This document shows, one piece after another, positions 10,135-20,055 of a stretch of DNA of 64,000 nt; position 1 is the stretch's first letter, and every line of letters begins with the position of its first letter. The translations under genes were made by a program, and so were the position numbers. The notes below the pieces were generated by a model. It was not told the origin of the DNA and ran no database searches. It saw only the letters and a list, made by a program, of their open reading frames with translations. The DNA lies in IMG/VR virus record IMGVR_UViG_3300014204_000169, positions 10,119 to 74,118 of that record; one strand, given 5' to 3'. This DNA is from a virus (Duplodnaviria > Caudoviricetes).

Positions 10135-10472
10135 TTTATCCCCATAATAGGTGTGTAATTTAATTTATTTAACTCTTCAGATATTTTTTGAGCACTTCCT
10201 GCACAAGATATGAGCCCATCAGATAAACTGACAAGTGTCTTGGAGTCATCAATTGGATTGTACCCAATCATCCAAATTTCAGAGCAATTTTCTTTTTTAA
10301 CTCTGAGTCCTCCTTTTACATCAAATAATTCCCATATAATTTTCATCTCTATTCCTTTTATATTGCAAGCTAACAGCCCTACAACACCATAAAGGTAAGA
10401 TCTAAATAATCTGTTGCTTGGCTCTTCTGCATATAGATGCAGATTACAATTCACTGAGTTGAATAGAGACAA
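10131..10472 (-). CDS. Hypothetical protein (true start may be MKIIW)
   Basis: ORF track; stop/start overlap with next gene. Confidence 0.55.
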   Translation of the reverse strand: MSLFNSVNCNLHLYAEEPSNRLFRSYLYGVVGLLACNIKGIEMKIIWELFDVKGGLRVKKENCSEIWMIGYNPIDDSKTLVSLSDGLISCAGSAQKISEELNKLNYTPIMGIK

Positions 10473-10550
10473 GTTTCAAGGCTCCTTGTCAACAGTGAAA
10501 CATTTAGATATTCAAAGAACTGATGGCTGTTAGCTTGCAAACTCATAAAA

Positions 10551-11351
10551 TCATTTTACATATTTACTAAACTGTTCTGTTGACCAAGTTCTGTATTTTA
10601 ATTCAGTATCTTCTATTCTTTTTAGTAATCCTTGAAATTTATTAAGATCTTTCCCATAAATATGATAGCTGTCTGCTTGGTGACAATATCTCCCTACTCT
10701 AACAGGTTCATTTCTCATTCTACCTATTTCATTTGCAATAAACATTTGTAAATGAACAAAAGCATACATATTCATAAATGCTGCTTGATAGGCATCGTTA
10801 GAACGCATCAAAACATTCATATCAAGTTCCCACTTAGGAGAACCTTCTTTATTAACTTGAGTCATTCTGCACCATATTCTTTGTAAGCATGGTGGATCAG
10901 AAGAATATAAATCATATTCAGGAACCCAAGTAATTGCTTGTGCTCTTCTTGAGTATGGAACTCTAGCAAGAATTTTACACATTTCATGGATTTGATCTTT
11001 TGGAACAAATCTAGCTGGGTTATATCTGAATAGTCTTGAATGATAAGTATAGTAAAGTCTTCCAGTATTCTTAGATTCCAGAAAAGAAACTATCTCATTA
11101 TCCTTACTGCCATGAAGAACTTCATTAACATAGTTTACTAAATTTTGAGGTAGCCCAGGAAAGCAGCGATGTACTCTTGGCTCATCAAGAGGATTAGTAA
11201 CCTCAATCATCATAGTGCAATCCTTGCTTGGGGGATCTTCAGGTTTGTCATATTCAGTTTTAATATCACAACCGTGCTTGTGTAATATAATTAATGAATT
11301 CTCCCAAGCTTCTGGAATAGTTTTTCCTCTTACTGATAATACTGGGATCAT
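10551..11351 (-). CDS. thyA: Thymidylate synthase, ThyA family (short archaeal-like type)
   Basis: SRRA, DPPCLQ (catalytic Cys), MRSNDA...FMN, DSYHIY motifs; start MIPVL at 11351 with AAGGTGG RBS. Confidence 0.9.
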   Translation of the reverse strand: MIPVLSVRGKTIPEAWENSLIILHKHGCDIKTEYDKPEDPPSKDCTMMIEVTNPLDEPRVHRCFPGLPQNLVNYVNEVLHGSKDNEIVSFLESKNTGRLYYTYHSRLFRYNPARFVPKDQIHEMCKILARVPYSRRAQAITWVPEYDLYSSDPPCLQRIWCRMTQVNKEGSPKWELDMNVLMRSNDAYQAAFMNMYAFVHLQMFIANEIGRMRNEPVRVGRYCHQADSYHIYGKDLNKFQGLLKRIEDTELKYRTWSTEQFSKYVK

Positions 11352-11611
11352 AAAGAATCCACCTTTCCTAACATTCTTAAAATACAAAGATTTACTTCAT
11401 CTTGTAAAACTCTAGCGCTTTCAATATTTTTAAATGTTATTACTAAATCTTGTTCTTTTGGAATAAAAGTACCACTATTTTCTTCTTTTGGTACAGCAGC
11501 ACCAATGGGGTAAGATTTTTCACTGTGTTCAAAAATAATACTTTCATCATTATTTTCAATTTCTTTTCCTACAGTTATTAAATATTTTCCATCCCCTAAA
11601 ATTACGTGCAT
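11348..11611 (-). CDS. Hypothetical protein
   Basis: ORF track; coupled to thyA. Confidence 0.65.
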   Translation of the reverse strand: MHVILGDGKYLITVGKEIENNDESIIFEHSEKSYPIGAAVPKEENSGTFIPKEQDLVITFKNIESARVLQDEVNLCILRMLGKVDSL

Positions 11612-11740
11612 TTCTTCACCTTTAATGATTTAATCTTCTTTAGTAAAAACATCACTTTTTGCTTTAGTAATTTATTCTGCTTTTTCAAAAACTCAATTTT
11701 CTTTTCCAACATTGTTATTTTAAAATGTTGATTTTGAAAT

Positions 11741-11971
11741 TCATTCATTATATTTTACCGGATAGTAACAATCAGGCCAAGAAATAGATTCATTTGGTAT
11801 GATATCATTTAAAATTGCTGACCCAATAAAATAAGTATGATCTACACAAGCTTTGATTGCTTTTCTTTTTGTTGTAAAAACCCCTTGAAATTCCCAAGCA
11901 ACTACTTTTGATTTTTTATCAAAACCTTTATTTTGCCCAACAATCCATAATTTAATTTTCTTTGACATCAC
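11741..11971 (-). CDS. Hypothetical protein
   Basis: ORF track; AGGA RBS. Confidence 0.65.
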   Translation of the reverse strand: MMSKKIKLWIVGQNKGFDKKSKVVAWEFQGVFTTKRKAIKACVDHTYFIGSAILNDIIPNESISWPDCYYPVKYNE

Positions 11972-12563
11972 TAATTCCTTTTTTAATTGTTACATTAAAT
12001 ACTTTATCTGCACATTCAGCTAATTCTGTACTGTGCGTAACCACAATAACTTGCAATGAAAGTTTTTTACTAATTTCAGATAACATAGCACTAGCTAAAT
12101 TCATTCTTACAGGATCTAACCCAGGAAAAGGTTCATCTAATAATAAAACATTATTAGTTCTTGGATTTTGTAATACCCATGAAACAACTCTTAATGCAAA
12201 TGCAGCTATATGCACTGTTCCTCCACCAGAAGAATCCATTGGCTCATCTATCTCTTGCCCCTTACGGGAAAATAACAAATCACACTCACTCTTATTCCTA
12301 CGCTGAATAAACCTTGCCATGAATTCATAAGGGTCATCATATACAGAAGATAAAGCCATGCTTACTAAATCAGATATTTTGAATTCAAGGGACTGTTGTG
12401 TGCGTAGACCTACAAGCTTTACGCACTCTAAGGCTTTTTCTAAATTATGTGATTTACTAACTAGTTTAGCATTTTCCAGAGTGACGGATTCAAGGAGATT
12501 ATTAAGAGTCAGTTTTTGGCCTTTCCGTTGCTCTAACCTGTTTCGTAATTCTTGAATAGTCAT
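11952..12563 (-). CDS. sbcC: SbcC/Rad50 (gp46-like) C-terminal half: coiled coil, ABC signature, Walker B
   Basis: DSSGGG signature, VLLLDEPF Walker B/D-loop, IVVTHS H-loop; no Walker A. Confidence 0.85.
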   Translation of the reverse strand: MTIQELRNRLEQRKGQKLTLNNLLESVTLENAKLVSKSHNLEKALECVKLVGLRTQQSLEFKISDLVSMALSSVYDDPYEFMARFIQRRNKSECDLLFSRKGQEIDEPMDSSGGGTVHIAAFALRVVSWVLQNPRTNNVLLLDEPFPGLDPVRMNLASAMLSEISKKLSLQVIVVTHSTELAECADKVFNVTIKKGISDVKEN

Positions 12564-12752
12564 TTATGGCTCAAATACATAAAGTTTATAATCATCAGAT
12601 TTTACAATAAAATAATCTTCTGCTTGATCACCTCCATATTTTGTATTTAAAGCATCACAAATAGTATTAGCATAATAAAGAGGAACATTTTCTACAACTG
12701 TTCGTTCTGATATATGCTCTCTTGCAAAATTATCTGTGCAAATTATTTTCAT
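12564..12752 (-). CDS. Conserved-looking small phage protein
   Basis: ORF track; MKIICTDNFARE. Confidence 0.65.
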   Translation of the reverse strand: MKIICTDNFAREHISERTVVENVPLYYANTICDALNTKYGGDQAEDYFIVKSDDYKLYVFEP

Positions 12753-12909
12753 TAGCTTTCCCTTTTTTAATAATGAAGTATCCTAATCCAATAAATGCTA
12801 TTACCCCACCACGGATAACCCAACCATTATAAATAATACCAATACCTAATATTATATTTACAAAAGCACAGTAAGGTGTTATGCGTTCAATTAACGTAAT
12901 CCATTTCAT
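12730..12909 (-). CDS. Small membrane protein
   Basis: Read by eye: MKWITLIER...LGIGIIYIMVGLSVVGVIAFIGLGYFIIKK, one long TM helix. Confidence 0.55.
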   Translation of the reverse strand: MKWITLIERITPYCAFVNIILGIGIIYNGWVIRGGVIAFIGLGYFIIKKGKANENNLHR

Positions 12910-13148
12910 TAGTCTTCCCCTAATTCAGATTCAATCTTTTCTGAAAGTTTAGTAATTTTTTTAGTAATATCTTCCAATTCAGTTTCAAGAGATTCAATCT
13001 TTTCTTGTGCCTCAGACACATCCTTACACTTGAAATCCATTTTTAGTGTATTTAGTAAAGCCGTCTTCTGGCCTTGCAACTGCTGCTCCTGATTCTTAGC
13101 AGAATCAATTTTGTCCTTCAGATCAAATAATTGTTTTTCGGTTAGCAT
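12909..13148 (-). CDS. Small coiled-coil protein
   Basis: Heptad pattern throughout; lies between the two SbcC halves. Confidence 0.7.
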   Translation of the reverse strand: MLTEKQLFDLKDKIDSAKNQEQQLQGQKTALLNTLKMDFKCKDVSEAQEKIESLETELEDITKKITKLSEKIESELGED

Positions 13149-13440
13149 ATTTATACTTCCTTAATTCATAATCAGTAAAATCTCTTGTACTCCAATCAGG
13201 GCAATGCTTTTGCCAATTTTTAAATTCTATATCTCCTGAATGATAAAATACATCGGGTCTTTTTTCACAAGCTAAATGAGTTTTATCAGTAACAATAAAA
13301 GTTAAATATTTACAACTATCACATCTAGCAGCAATATTACTAAATTTGCATGTGTTATTTTCATGATTAGTTGCTGCTGATTTGCTTTGTAAAATTTTAT
13401 TACAAAATTTACAAGCATAAGCTTCAACTTTATTTGGCAT
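13123..13440 (-). CDS. C2HC/C2H2-like zinc-finger protein (paralog A)
   Basis: YACKFCNKILQSKSAATNHENNTC plus CDSC. Confidence 0.7.
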   Translation of the reverse strand: MPNKVEAYACKFCNKILQSKSAATNHENNTCKFSNIAARCDSCKYLTFIVTDKTHLACEKRPDVFYHSGDIEFKNWQKHCPDWSTRDFTDYELRKYKYANRKTII

Positions 13441-13705
13441 TACCTACTATTCTCCATTCAAAGAACGCGCTAATATGAGCATCATCCACCATACTTTCAG
13501 GATGCACATCCTCATACCCTTCGGGCCTTTTTACTGCAATTAATATTTCATCTGATTTTGGTTCAAATTGTTTTAACCGTTTAATTTCTTTCTGTTCCCA
13601 ATCTGTCCAAATAGAATCACAGTCCTCACAATGAAATCCTGTGTGTTTTCTTTTTGGTGTTTTTTCACTTGTTACATTTTTACTTTTGCAAAAAATGCAC
13701 TTCAT
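13430..13705 (-). CDS. Zinc-ribbon hypothetical protein
   Basis: CIFC ... CEDC. Confidence 0.65.
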   Translation of the reverse strand: MKCIFCKSKNVTSEKTPKRKHTGFHCEDCDSIWTDWEQKEIKRLKQFEPKSDEILIAVKRPEGYEDVHPESMVDDAHISAFFEWRIVGNAK

Positions 13706-14586
13706 AATCTCTCCAATGCCTTATATATATAGTTTACTACAGATTTCTTTAAAGGATTTTGTGACAAAAATTGCTTTAGATTATCTTGAAAATTTACATC
13801 CGTAATAGATTCATCCGTAAGTTTTTCAATGAATGCTTGAATACGGGAATCCCTTGCTTCATCTTTTTCTATGTGTTCACGAGTTATTACTAAATTTCCT
13901 GGTTCTATTGGAAGAAACACTTGTTCAATTTTATTTGTAGAAGCTTCCCAAAGGAACACACACGGCTTATGATCTATCTGATCTGATTTCTGTCTTGTCA
14001 TAGAACCAGGATTTATTAAATATCTTCCCTGATACTCTTCAACAAAAGTCTGATGGTTGTCAGACGTAATAATCAACGGAAATTGAGGGTATTTTTTTAG
14101 TAATACTCTTGCTGATGATTCCTTACACCCAGGAAAAGGTAGTTTTTTTGAATATGTTAATATATGCCAAACTAAAATAGATTTATGAATTTCAGGAATA
14201 TAAAACCCTTTATCTGGAGTTTGACCCCAACTACAATCAGGTAAAACTTCTAACTTACCGGCTTCTTTTAATGTATTAATTCCAGATTTATAAGCTAAAT
14301 CTAAGTTGTGGTTTGGTAAATCATGGTTTCCATACACGGTGTAAAATTGGTTGGGTAAATGTTTTATTGTTTCTGTAAGTAAGTAAGGACTAGGCTTCCA
14401 GTTTTCAAAAAGATCCCCACCACATAAAACAAGACAGTCATATTGTTTTTGTAGTTGCCAAATGAAATCTAATTTTCTCCATTGAGCATCTAAGAATGAA
14501 TCTGTTCTACAGATTGGTTGATCCTCACGTAAGTGAATATCCCCGCAAATAATAATTGTAGGTTTGAAAGATTGTTTATTTTTCAT
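13702..14586 (-). CDS. sbcD: SbcD/Mre11 (gp47-like) metallophosphoesterase nuclease
   Basis: GDIH, GGDLF, GNHD, SDNH, INPGS motifs. Confidence 0.9.
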   Translation of the reverse strand: MKNKQSFKPTIIICGDIHLREDQPICRTDSFLDAQWRKLDFIWQLQKQYDCLVLCGGDLFENWKPSPYLLTETIKHLPNQFYTVYGNHDLPNHNLDLAYKSGINTLKEAGKLEVLPDCSWGQTPDKGFYIPEIHKSILVWHILTYSKKLPFPGCKESSARVLLKKYPQFPLIITSDNHQTFVEEYQGRYLINPGSMTRQKSDQIDHKPCVFLWEASTNKIEQVFLPIEPGNLVITREHIEKDEARDSRIQAFIEKLTDESITDVNFQDNLKQFLSQNPLKKSVVNYIYKALERL

Positions 14587-14872
14587 AAAAATTTACATTT
14601 ATCTCCCAAGAAGAACAATGTTTTCTCCAAATTTTATTATGTATTGGTGTAAGAGAATCCATATTGAGATAAAGACTATTCGTATTTATTAATTGTATTC
14701 CTTTATCACAAGATATTTCTTCTCTAAAAAGTATTAAGTTTTTACAACCTTTACAACGTCTTGCGATTGGACTTTTGTTACAATGATTATTTTCATGATT
14801 TTTAGCATCAGACAATCTACTAAAAATTCTTTTACAATAATCACAGGCATGAGCTTCAATTTTGTGTGTCAT
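14576..14872 (-). CDS. C2HC/C2H2-like zinc-finger protein (paralog B)
   Basis: [24 protein letters not shown] plus CKGC; start MTHK with GAAG RBS. Confidence 0.7.
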   Translation of the reverse strand: MTHKIEAHACDYCKRIFSRLSDAKNHENNHCNKSPIARRCKGCKNLILFREEISCDKGIQLINTNSLYLNMDSLTPIHNKIWRKHCSSWEINVNFYEK

Positions 14873-15906
14873 TTCTTCTTCCCGCACAAATAACAATAAT
14901 TTGGAAAACCTTTATCAAACTCTTTTTGTAACATTATAATCTTATTTTTACTTTTAGTAATCAACTCTTCTGTCATTTTTATTGCGCTGACATGTTCTTC
15001 TAATCTATCTTTTTTATTTTTTAGTAATTTTAAATCTTTATACCAAACTAATGCTTGATCTACAGTATCTTCCAGTTTAGTAAGCTTTTGAAGCTCTTTC
15101 TGATTCACAGTAATAGATTTTAGCTGTTTTACTGTCTTTATAAGGCTATTTTTCTGCTCTGTAATCGTTTCTAAGGCTTTATAAAGTCCCAAACAAGTAT
15201 TTACACCATCTTTATGCTTTAACTTGTTCTGGACCTTCTCAATGAGTGAATCCAGCACAGAAGATCTTGTTATTAGATTAGTAATAACTTTTACTTTAGT
15301 TTCTATCTCTTGTTTTCTTTGATCTAACTTTTCCAGTTCACTTACTTGATACTCAAGTGATTCAAGATTACTATACTTTTTAAGATCCTTAGTATAATTA
15401 GTAATTTGATTATTAGTAACCTCAATTTCCTGATTTGTTTTTCTGATCCATGATTGGATATTTTTAGTAGCATAATCAATATCATCAATATGTGCTATTT
15501 CATTAAAATGCCTTGCTACTTCTCCAGGGGAATCAGAAAACAGAAATACTTTATCATGTTGCCTTTGAATATTAATCTCAGACATATTAAGGGCTTTACT
15601 AACTTCATCAGGAACATCCGACCGGACAGCTTCTAGTAATTTGCCATTAAGGAAATACCCATTCTGCTTTCCACGTATACGAGTGATCTTTTGATCATTA
15701 GTAAATATAGTAGCTTTAGTTGTACCACCCCACCATGAACGAAAAGATTCTCCAGAAGGACGATTAAACAAAACCCATCTGATTGCTCTTAGTAAACTAG
15801 ATTTTCCCGCATCGGAATTTCCAATAATGCAGTTCACCGATGGGGAGAATTCCAGTTCAGAATGCTTATGTGATTGAAAGTTTTTTACTATTAATTTATT
15901 TATCAT
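14869..15906 (-). CDS. sbcC: SbcC/Rad50 (gp46-like) N-terminal half: Walker A, Q-loop, coiled coil, zinc hook
   Basis: [14 protein letters not shown] Walker A, IQRQHD Q-loop, terminal CYLCG hook. Confidence 0.9.
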   Translation of the reverse strand: MINKLIVKNFQSHKHSELEFSPSVNCIIGNSDAGKSSLLRAIRWVLFNRPSGESFRSWWGGTTKATIFTNDQKITRIRGKQNGYFLNGKLLEAVRSDVPDEVSKALNMSEINIQRQHDKVFLFSDSPGEVARHFNEIAHIDDIDYATKNIQSWIRKTNQEIEVTNNQITNYTKDLKKYSNLESLEYQVSELEKLDQRKQEIETKVKVITNLITRSSVLDSLIEKVQNKLKHKDGVNTCLGLYKALETITEQKNSLIKTVKQLKSITVNQKELQKLTKLEDTVDQALVWYKDLKLLKNKKDRLEEHVSAIKMTEELITKSKNKIIMLQKEFDKGFPNYCYLCGKKK

Positions 15907-16036
15907 TTTTAGTAATTTTCTTTACTAAACTAATAACATTAGATGCAAGACCATTATGTTCTTTTTTACAATGAAGTTCCCAAGATTTTTTATCTTGTTT
16001 GAAATCTTTCAAACAAAAAGGACATTTAAATCCCAT
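15896..16036 (-). CDS. 46-aa classical C2H2 zinc-finger protein
   Basis: Read by eye: [27 protein letters not shown]. Confidence 0.6.
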   Translation of the reverse strand: MGFKCPFCLKDFKQDKKSWELHCKKEHNGLASNVISLVKKITKNDK

Positions 16037-16039
16037 AAT

Positions 16040-16240
16040 TTATAACCCTGCAAGCAAATCATTAGTAATATATTCAAGAAAAGCTGCACTAAGTTCTTTT
16101 ATTAATCTTTCTTTATTTGCAGTATAATAATCTGGATAAACGCCACCAAACTTATCTACATTTAATCTTATTAGTTTATTAATTTTTTTTGAGTCAACAG
16201 TTATAACAACTTCTTTTTTATCTTTATTAACTTCTGCCAT
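16040..16240 (-). CDS. Hypothetical protein
   Basis: ORF track; GAGGAG RBS. Confidence 0.7.
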   Translation of the reverse strand: MAEVNKDKKEVVITVDSKKINKLIRLNVDKFGGVYPDYYTANKERLIKELSAAFLEYITNDLLAGL

Positions 16241-16370
16241 ATTTTCTCCTCAATATAAATGTACTAATTGTTCTAACCCATCTAACCGTTTACTAAAAGT
16301 TTCAAATGTTATTTTTTCTTCTTCATATTCATTTTGTAATTTTACTAAACTTTTATGTGCTTCTTCTAAT

Positions 16371-16835
16371 CTAGCCATTCGGGGGTTTTGTTCGCAACAT
16401 CTTCTTAGGCTTTTTTCCATCTCCATGTACTTGCGTGTTTTGTGTATTGGTATTTTTTAACTTTCTTCGATCTTGAATATGTTGACCCACCATTTCAAAA
16501 AAATTATTAGCATCCATAACCACAACAGGTACTTGATGTGATGAACGTACAACAAGAAGCCAATTAGTATTTGGTTGTTCATTAGTAATTGCTTGTTTAA
16601 TCCAAGCAGGGATAGACCACGTTTCTTGACGCTTACATTCAATTGAAAAAGGCGCAAGCTTTCTTGCTTTACCTCTTAAAATTACGTCTACGCCTGAACT
16701 GCCCATTGGACGTGAACTTATTAAACTTTCATCATCTGGTCCCCAAGGAATACCTGTAATTTCACTGATTTTTTGGCAGCAAAATTGCTGTAGAAGACGG
16801 CCTTTTTGTTTTCTCGCTGCTACTGAAATAGTCAT
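16371..16835 (-). CDS. Holliday junction resolvase (PD-(D/E)xK, Hjc-like)
   Basis: RKQKGRLLQ, SRPMGSSGVDV, FSIECKRQE. Confidence 0.8.
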   Translation of the reverse strand: MTISVAARKQKGRLLQQFCCQKISEITGIPWGPDDESLISSRPMGSSGVDVILRGKARKLAPFSIECKRQETWSIPAWIKQAITNEQPNTNWLLVVRSSHQVPVVVMDANNFFEMVGQHIQDRRKLKNTNTQNTQVHGDGKKPKKMLRTKPPNG

Positions 16836-17028
16836 TTCTCACCATTTGTAATAAGTTTATTAATTCTGGTAAATCCGCTTTATTCATTACTAAACTACCA
16901 TGTGATCTTAATGCATTTTGTTCAATGATACAGAACTTATTATTCTTTTGAATAGACAATCCTTTTTCTGTATGAGATGCATAGTAAGTAAAATTACCGT
17001 AATCATCTTCTTTAACAATTTTAATCAT
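16762..17028 (-). CDS. Hypothetical protein
   Basis: ORF track; coupled to recA stop. Confidence 0.55.
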   Translation of the reverse strand: MIKIVKEDDYGNFTYYASHTEKGLSIQKNNKFCIIEQNALRSHGSLVMNKADLPELINLLQMVRNDYFSSSEKTKRPSSTAILLPKNQ

Positions 17029-18116
17029 CGTATCTTCTTCTTTCTACTCTTATGAAAGGAAGACTCAATAGCTTCCCATGTATCTATAACTTCTTCTTTT
17101 AGTTCATTTTCTAAATTAGAATCCTCAATCATAGTACATGCTTTGTCTAAATCATTACTAAGTTTTTCTCCACCAATAGTATAAAATTTATCAGTAGAAT
17201 TACTTTTAATAAATTGAAGATTTTGTCTCAAATTGTCAATGCCATATGAAAATACTATTGGTATTACAGCAGTTCTATGTGGAACATCAATACTGCTTTT
17301 TGCAACAGTAATAGTTGTTTCCACACCAATAACTCTTGATATCTTTTTCCCACCATTTATGGTTTTTTCTTTTTTAATCTTAGTTGGGTTAGAACATTGT
17401 AAACGCAAAGAAGCGTAAAAAGGTATGCCCATACCACCAGACGATTTATATTTAGCTTCATATAATCCCCCACCAACATTTTCCCTAATCTGATTTGAAC
17501 ATACTAATAGTAAATTTCGTTCTTTAATAATTCGACAAGTTTTCCTAAGTTCTTCTGAAAACTCTTTGGCTCTACGCATCCCATATTTATCTTCACCATC
17601 CATTTCCATATTAGTGGAAAGTGCAGCTAAAGAATCTGTTAAAATTCCTGTAATTGTACTTGTATCTTCTGGAGCTATTTTACGAATATGTTGAAATACT
17701 TCTGTTACGGTATTGGGTGTAAAGTATTGATCTTCTTTTATATGAAAATCAAATACTTTTGCAAACTGTTTTCCCAATCGCGCCTCTGGGTCAAAAAAGT
17801 AAGTTTCACCACCTTGACGCTCAATGGCTCCAGCTAATTCACAAAGAAGGATTGTTTTTCCTGCTCCGCTAGGTCCAAAGATTTCTACTAATATTCCTCC
17901 AGGTATACCACCACCTCTAACAGCAGTTCCACTTATGGCAAGATCCAACAAAGTTGATCCTGTAGAAATTACTTTACCAAAATCAAATTCTTTTTCTTCT
18001 TCCACTAAGTCTGTGTTTTGGTGTGTGTGTGTTCTCTTCTTTAGTTTCTTCTCTCGTTGTTCTACTAATGTTGGGGTTTCCTCTTCTGACTCTGAGTGAT
18101 GTTTTGTTCGTAACAT
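17025..18116 (-). CDS. recA: RecA/UvsX-like recombinase
   Basis: EIFGPSGAGKT Walker A, DPEARL, DSLAAL, NQIR, GGMGIPFYASLR; start placed at MLRTK (18116). Confidence 0.92.
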   Translation of the reverse strand: MLRTKHHSESEEETPTLVEQREKKLKKRTHTHQNTDLVEEEKEFDFGKVISTGSTLLDLAISGTAVRGGGIPGGILVEIFGPSGAGKTILLCELAGAIERQGGETYFFDPEARLGKQFAKVFDFHIKEDQYFTPNTVTEVFQHIRKIAPEDTSTITGILTDSLAALSTNMEMDGEDKYGMRRAKEFSEELRKTCRIIKERNLLLVCSNQIRENVGGGLYEAKYKSSGGMGIPFYASLRLQCSNPTKIKKEKTINGGKKISRVIGVETTITVAKSSIDVPHRTAVIPIVFSYGIDNLRQNLQFIKSNSTDKFYTIGGEKLSNDLDKACTMIEDSNLENELKEEVIDTWEAIESSFHKSRKKKIR

Positions 18117-18459
18117 ATTTTTCCTTATGGAGGGATTCGATATCCGCACATACTTGTTCAATGTATCCGGTTAGTATATTTTTCTTCTTTAGGCTTATTC
18201 GTACTTCATCAAGAAATGCGTGTAGTATATCTACAGAATTATTTTCCTTAAAAATCTTATCTCCAAATTTAATAAATTCTTCTGCAATCTTTCTTATAGC
18301 AGTCATTTCAGAATGTGACTTTACATAATCCGTAACCATTTTTCTTAACACACCAGATTTATCTGTACCAAGAGAAATGGTTATTAAACTAAAGGCTTCT
18401 GCAATTTCTGTAGGAAGATATGCGCCTACTAGTTTTTCCTGTATAGCTATTAGTGACAT
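17983..18459 (-). CDS. Ribbon-helix-helix-like DNA-binding protein
   Basis: N-terminal LVGAYLPTEIAEAF...KSGVLRKMVTDYV pattern. Confidence 0.5.
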   Translation of the reverse strand: MSLIAIQEKLVGAYLPTEIAEAFSLITISLGTDKSGVLRKMVTDYVKSHSEMTAIRKIAEEFIKFGDKIFKENNSVDILHAFLDEVRISLKKKNILTGYIEQVCADIESLHKEKYVTNKTSLRVRRGNPNISRTTREETKEENTHTPKHRLSGRRKRI

Positions 18460-18653
18460 AATTTTGCTCTTTCTAATTGTTTATATGGATTATTATTTTT
18501 ATCCCCAGAAGGTTTAACCCATTTAGTGTTTGGACATACACCATCATCTTTTAAAAATTTCATTTCTCTAAATGCCCCACAAACATAACACCATTCAATA
18601 AAACCATTATAAATTAACCAACTGTTTCTTTCATGTCTGCATCTTGTTTTCAT
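18450..18653 (-). CDS. Hypothetical protein (CYVC)
   Basis: ORF track. Confidence 0.6.
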   Translation of the reverse strand: MKTRCRHERNSWLIYNGFIEWCYVCGAFREMKFLKDDGVCPNTKWVKPSGDKNNNPYKQLERAKLCH

Positions 18654-18890
18654 ATTGAACCTTTTAGTAATATGTAGTATAGGGCTTGAGTACCTACTCT
18701 TAGTCTTGGTGCTAAGTCTACGGTTAAATCAACAGATCTTAATCCCCGTTATGTGTCCTTCCACATCGACTACATTTTATTTATCTCCTATAGCCTTCCC
18801 CGTTACAGGGAATACAAACAAAGCCTTTACTGCTTTTCCCTGTACCGGAGCAAGCTACACATCTTTTATTAAGAGAGTTATGAATTTTAT

Positions 18891-20024
18891 TTAACGTCTT
18901 AGCTTCTTCTTTACGAGTGAATTTTTTTTTACTACAACTGGTTCTTCATCATCTTCATCCTCATCTTCAGGCTCTTCATCCTCATCTTCATCTTCGTCTT
19001 CATCATTGTCAGTAAAGTCAGCATCATCTTCATCTTCGTCTTCATCATCGTCAGTAATAGGTTTCTTTTTGGACTTAGGTTTTGCTACACGCTCATCCTC
19101 CTCATCTTCATCTTCAGGCTCTTCATCCTCATCTTCTACTTCAACTGCTTTTTTACTGGTTTTCTTTGGTTTAGTGTTTAATTCAAAATCTTCATCCTCA
19201 TCTTCAACTTCTGCTACTACAGATTTCTTACTAGATTTCTTTACTGGAACATCTTCTTCATCGTCGTCATTTATCTCTTTGAACTTCTTATCAAGCTCTT
19301 CATAAGAGAGTACAACAAGCAAATCATCAAGCTTTGGAACAGTCTTCAAAATGTCATCAGTAAAAGCTTTCTTTCTTGGAACAAAATCTATCCTACTTGC
19401 TTCAGGAAAATTCTTACCAGCAAATTCACCTTTAGCAAAACGAACCTTCAATGTAAAACCTTCTTCAGAAGGATCAAAGAAAAGTAGATTCTCAGGATTC
19501 TCTTCAAGCTCATCCAGTAACATCTTTTGAAGTCCATATTGAGTAATATCTAAAATACTTAACTTTGATTCAAGATCCATATTTACTTTAGGATCAGAAC
19601 TCTTACGGGGAATAATCACATAAAGGTTCATTTCCTGATATTTCAGAGCCTTTATTTCATCAGATTTATAATCAGCCCCTTCTTTTAGTAATTTTGCCTT
19701 GTATTCACAAATAGGGCATTTCTTACCATAAGTTGAAGGGCAAATTACATATTCATTAGCAGCACCAACCCCACGATGCCTACGATATGGTTTCCGATAC
19801 CACATAGTCCCAGGAGTAGCAATTTCATTCTCTTCATCCCGGCACATATGACGCTTATCCGTCACTGTATAAGGAAGGACATCAAATAAAACTGTTTCCC
19901 CACCTTTAAGCTGTATTACTGGAATATCTGAAGGTACTCTAAGATACTTAGACCCCCCTTTAGTTTTTTCTCGTTTGTTATCTGCACTTACTTTTGATTT
20001 GTACTTATCAGAAAATTTACTCAT
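18891..20024 (-). CDS. Single-stranded DNA-binding protein, gp32-like, with long acidic tail
   Basis: Zn-site ICPSTYGKKCPICEY, aromatic OB-fold pattern, Asp/Glu-rich C-terminal third. Confidence 0.8.
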   Translation of the reverse strand: MSKFSDKYKSKVSADNKREKTKGGSKYLRVPSDIPVIQLKGGETVLFDVLPYTVTDKRHMCRDEENEIATPGTMWYRKPYRRHRGVGAANEYVICPSTYGKKCPICEYKAKLLKEGADYKSDEIKALKYQEMNLYVIIPRKSSDPKVNMDLESKLSILDITQYGLQKMLLDELEENPENLLFFDPSEEGFTLKVRFAKGEFAGKNFPEASRIDFVPRKKAFTDDILKTVPKLDDLLVVLSYEELDKKFKEINDDDEEDVPVKKSSKKSVVAEVEDEDEDFELNTKPKKTSKKAVEVEDEDEEPEDEDEEDERVAKPKSKKKPITDDDEDEDEDDADFTDNDEDEDEDEDEEPEDEDEDDEEPVVVKKNSLVKKKLRR

Positions 20025-20055
20025 GTAATACTTTCTCCTTTAATTGTTAAACTGA

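Noticed and set aside
19006-19305. Poly-Ser ORF on + strand (also 30728..31177)
   Set aside because: Antisense shadow of Asp/Glu-rich tails of real - strand genes
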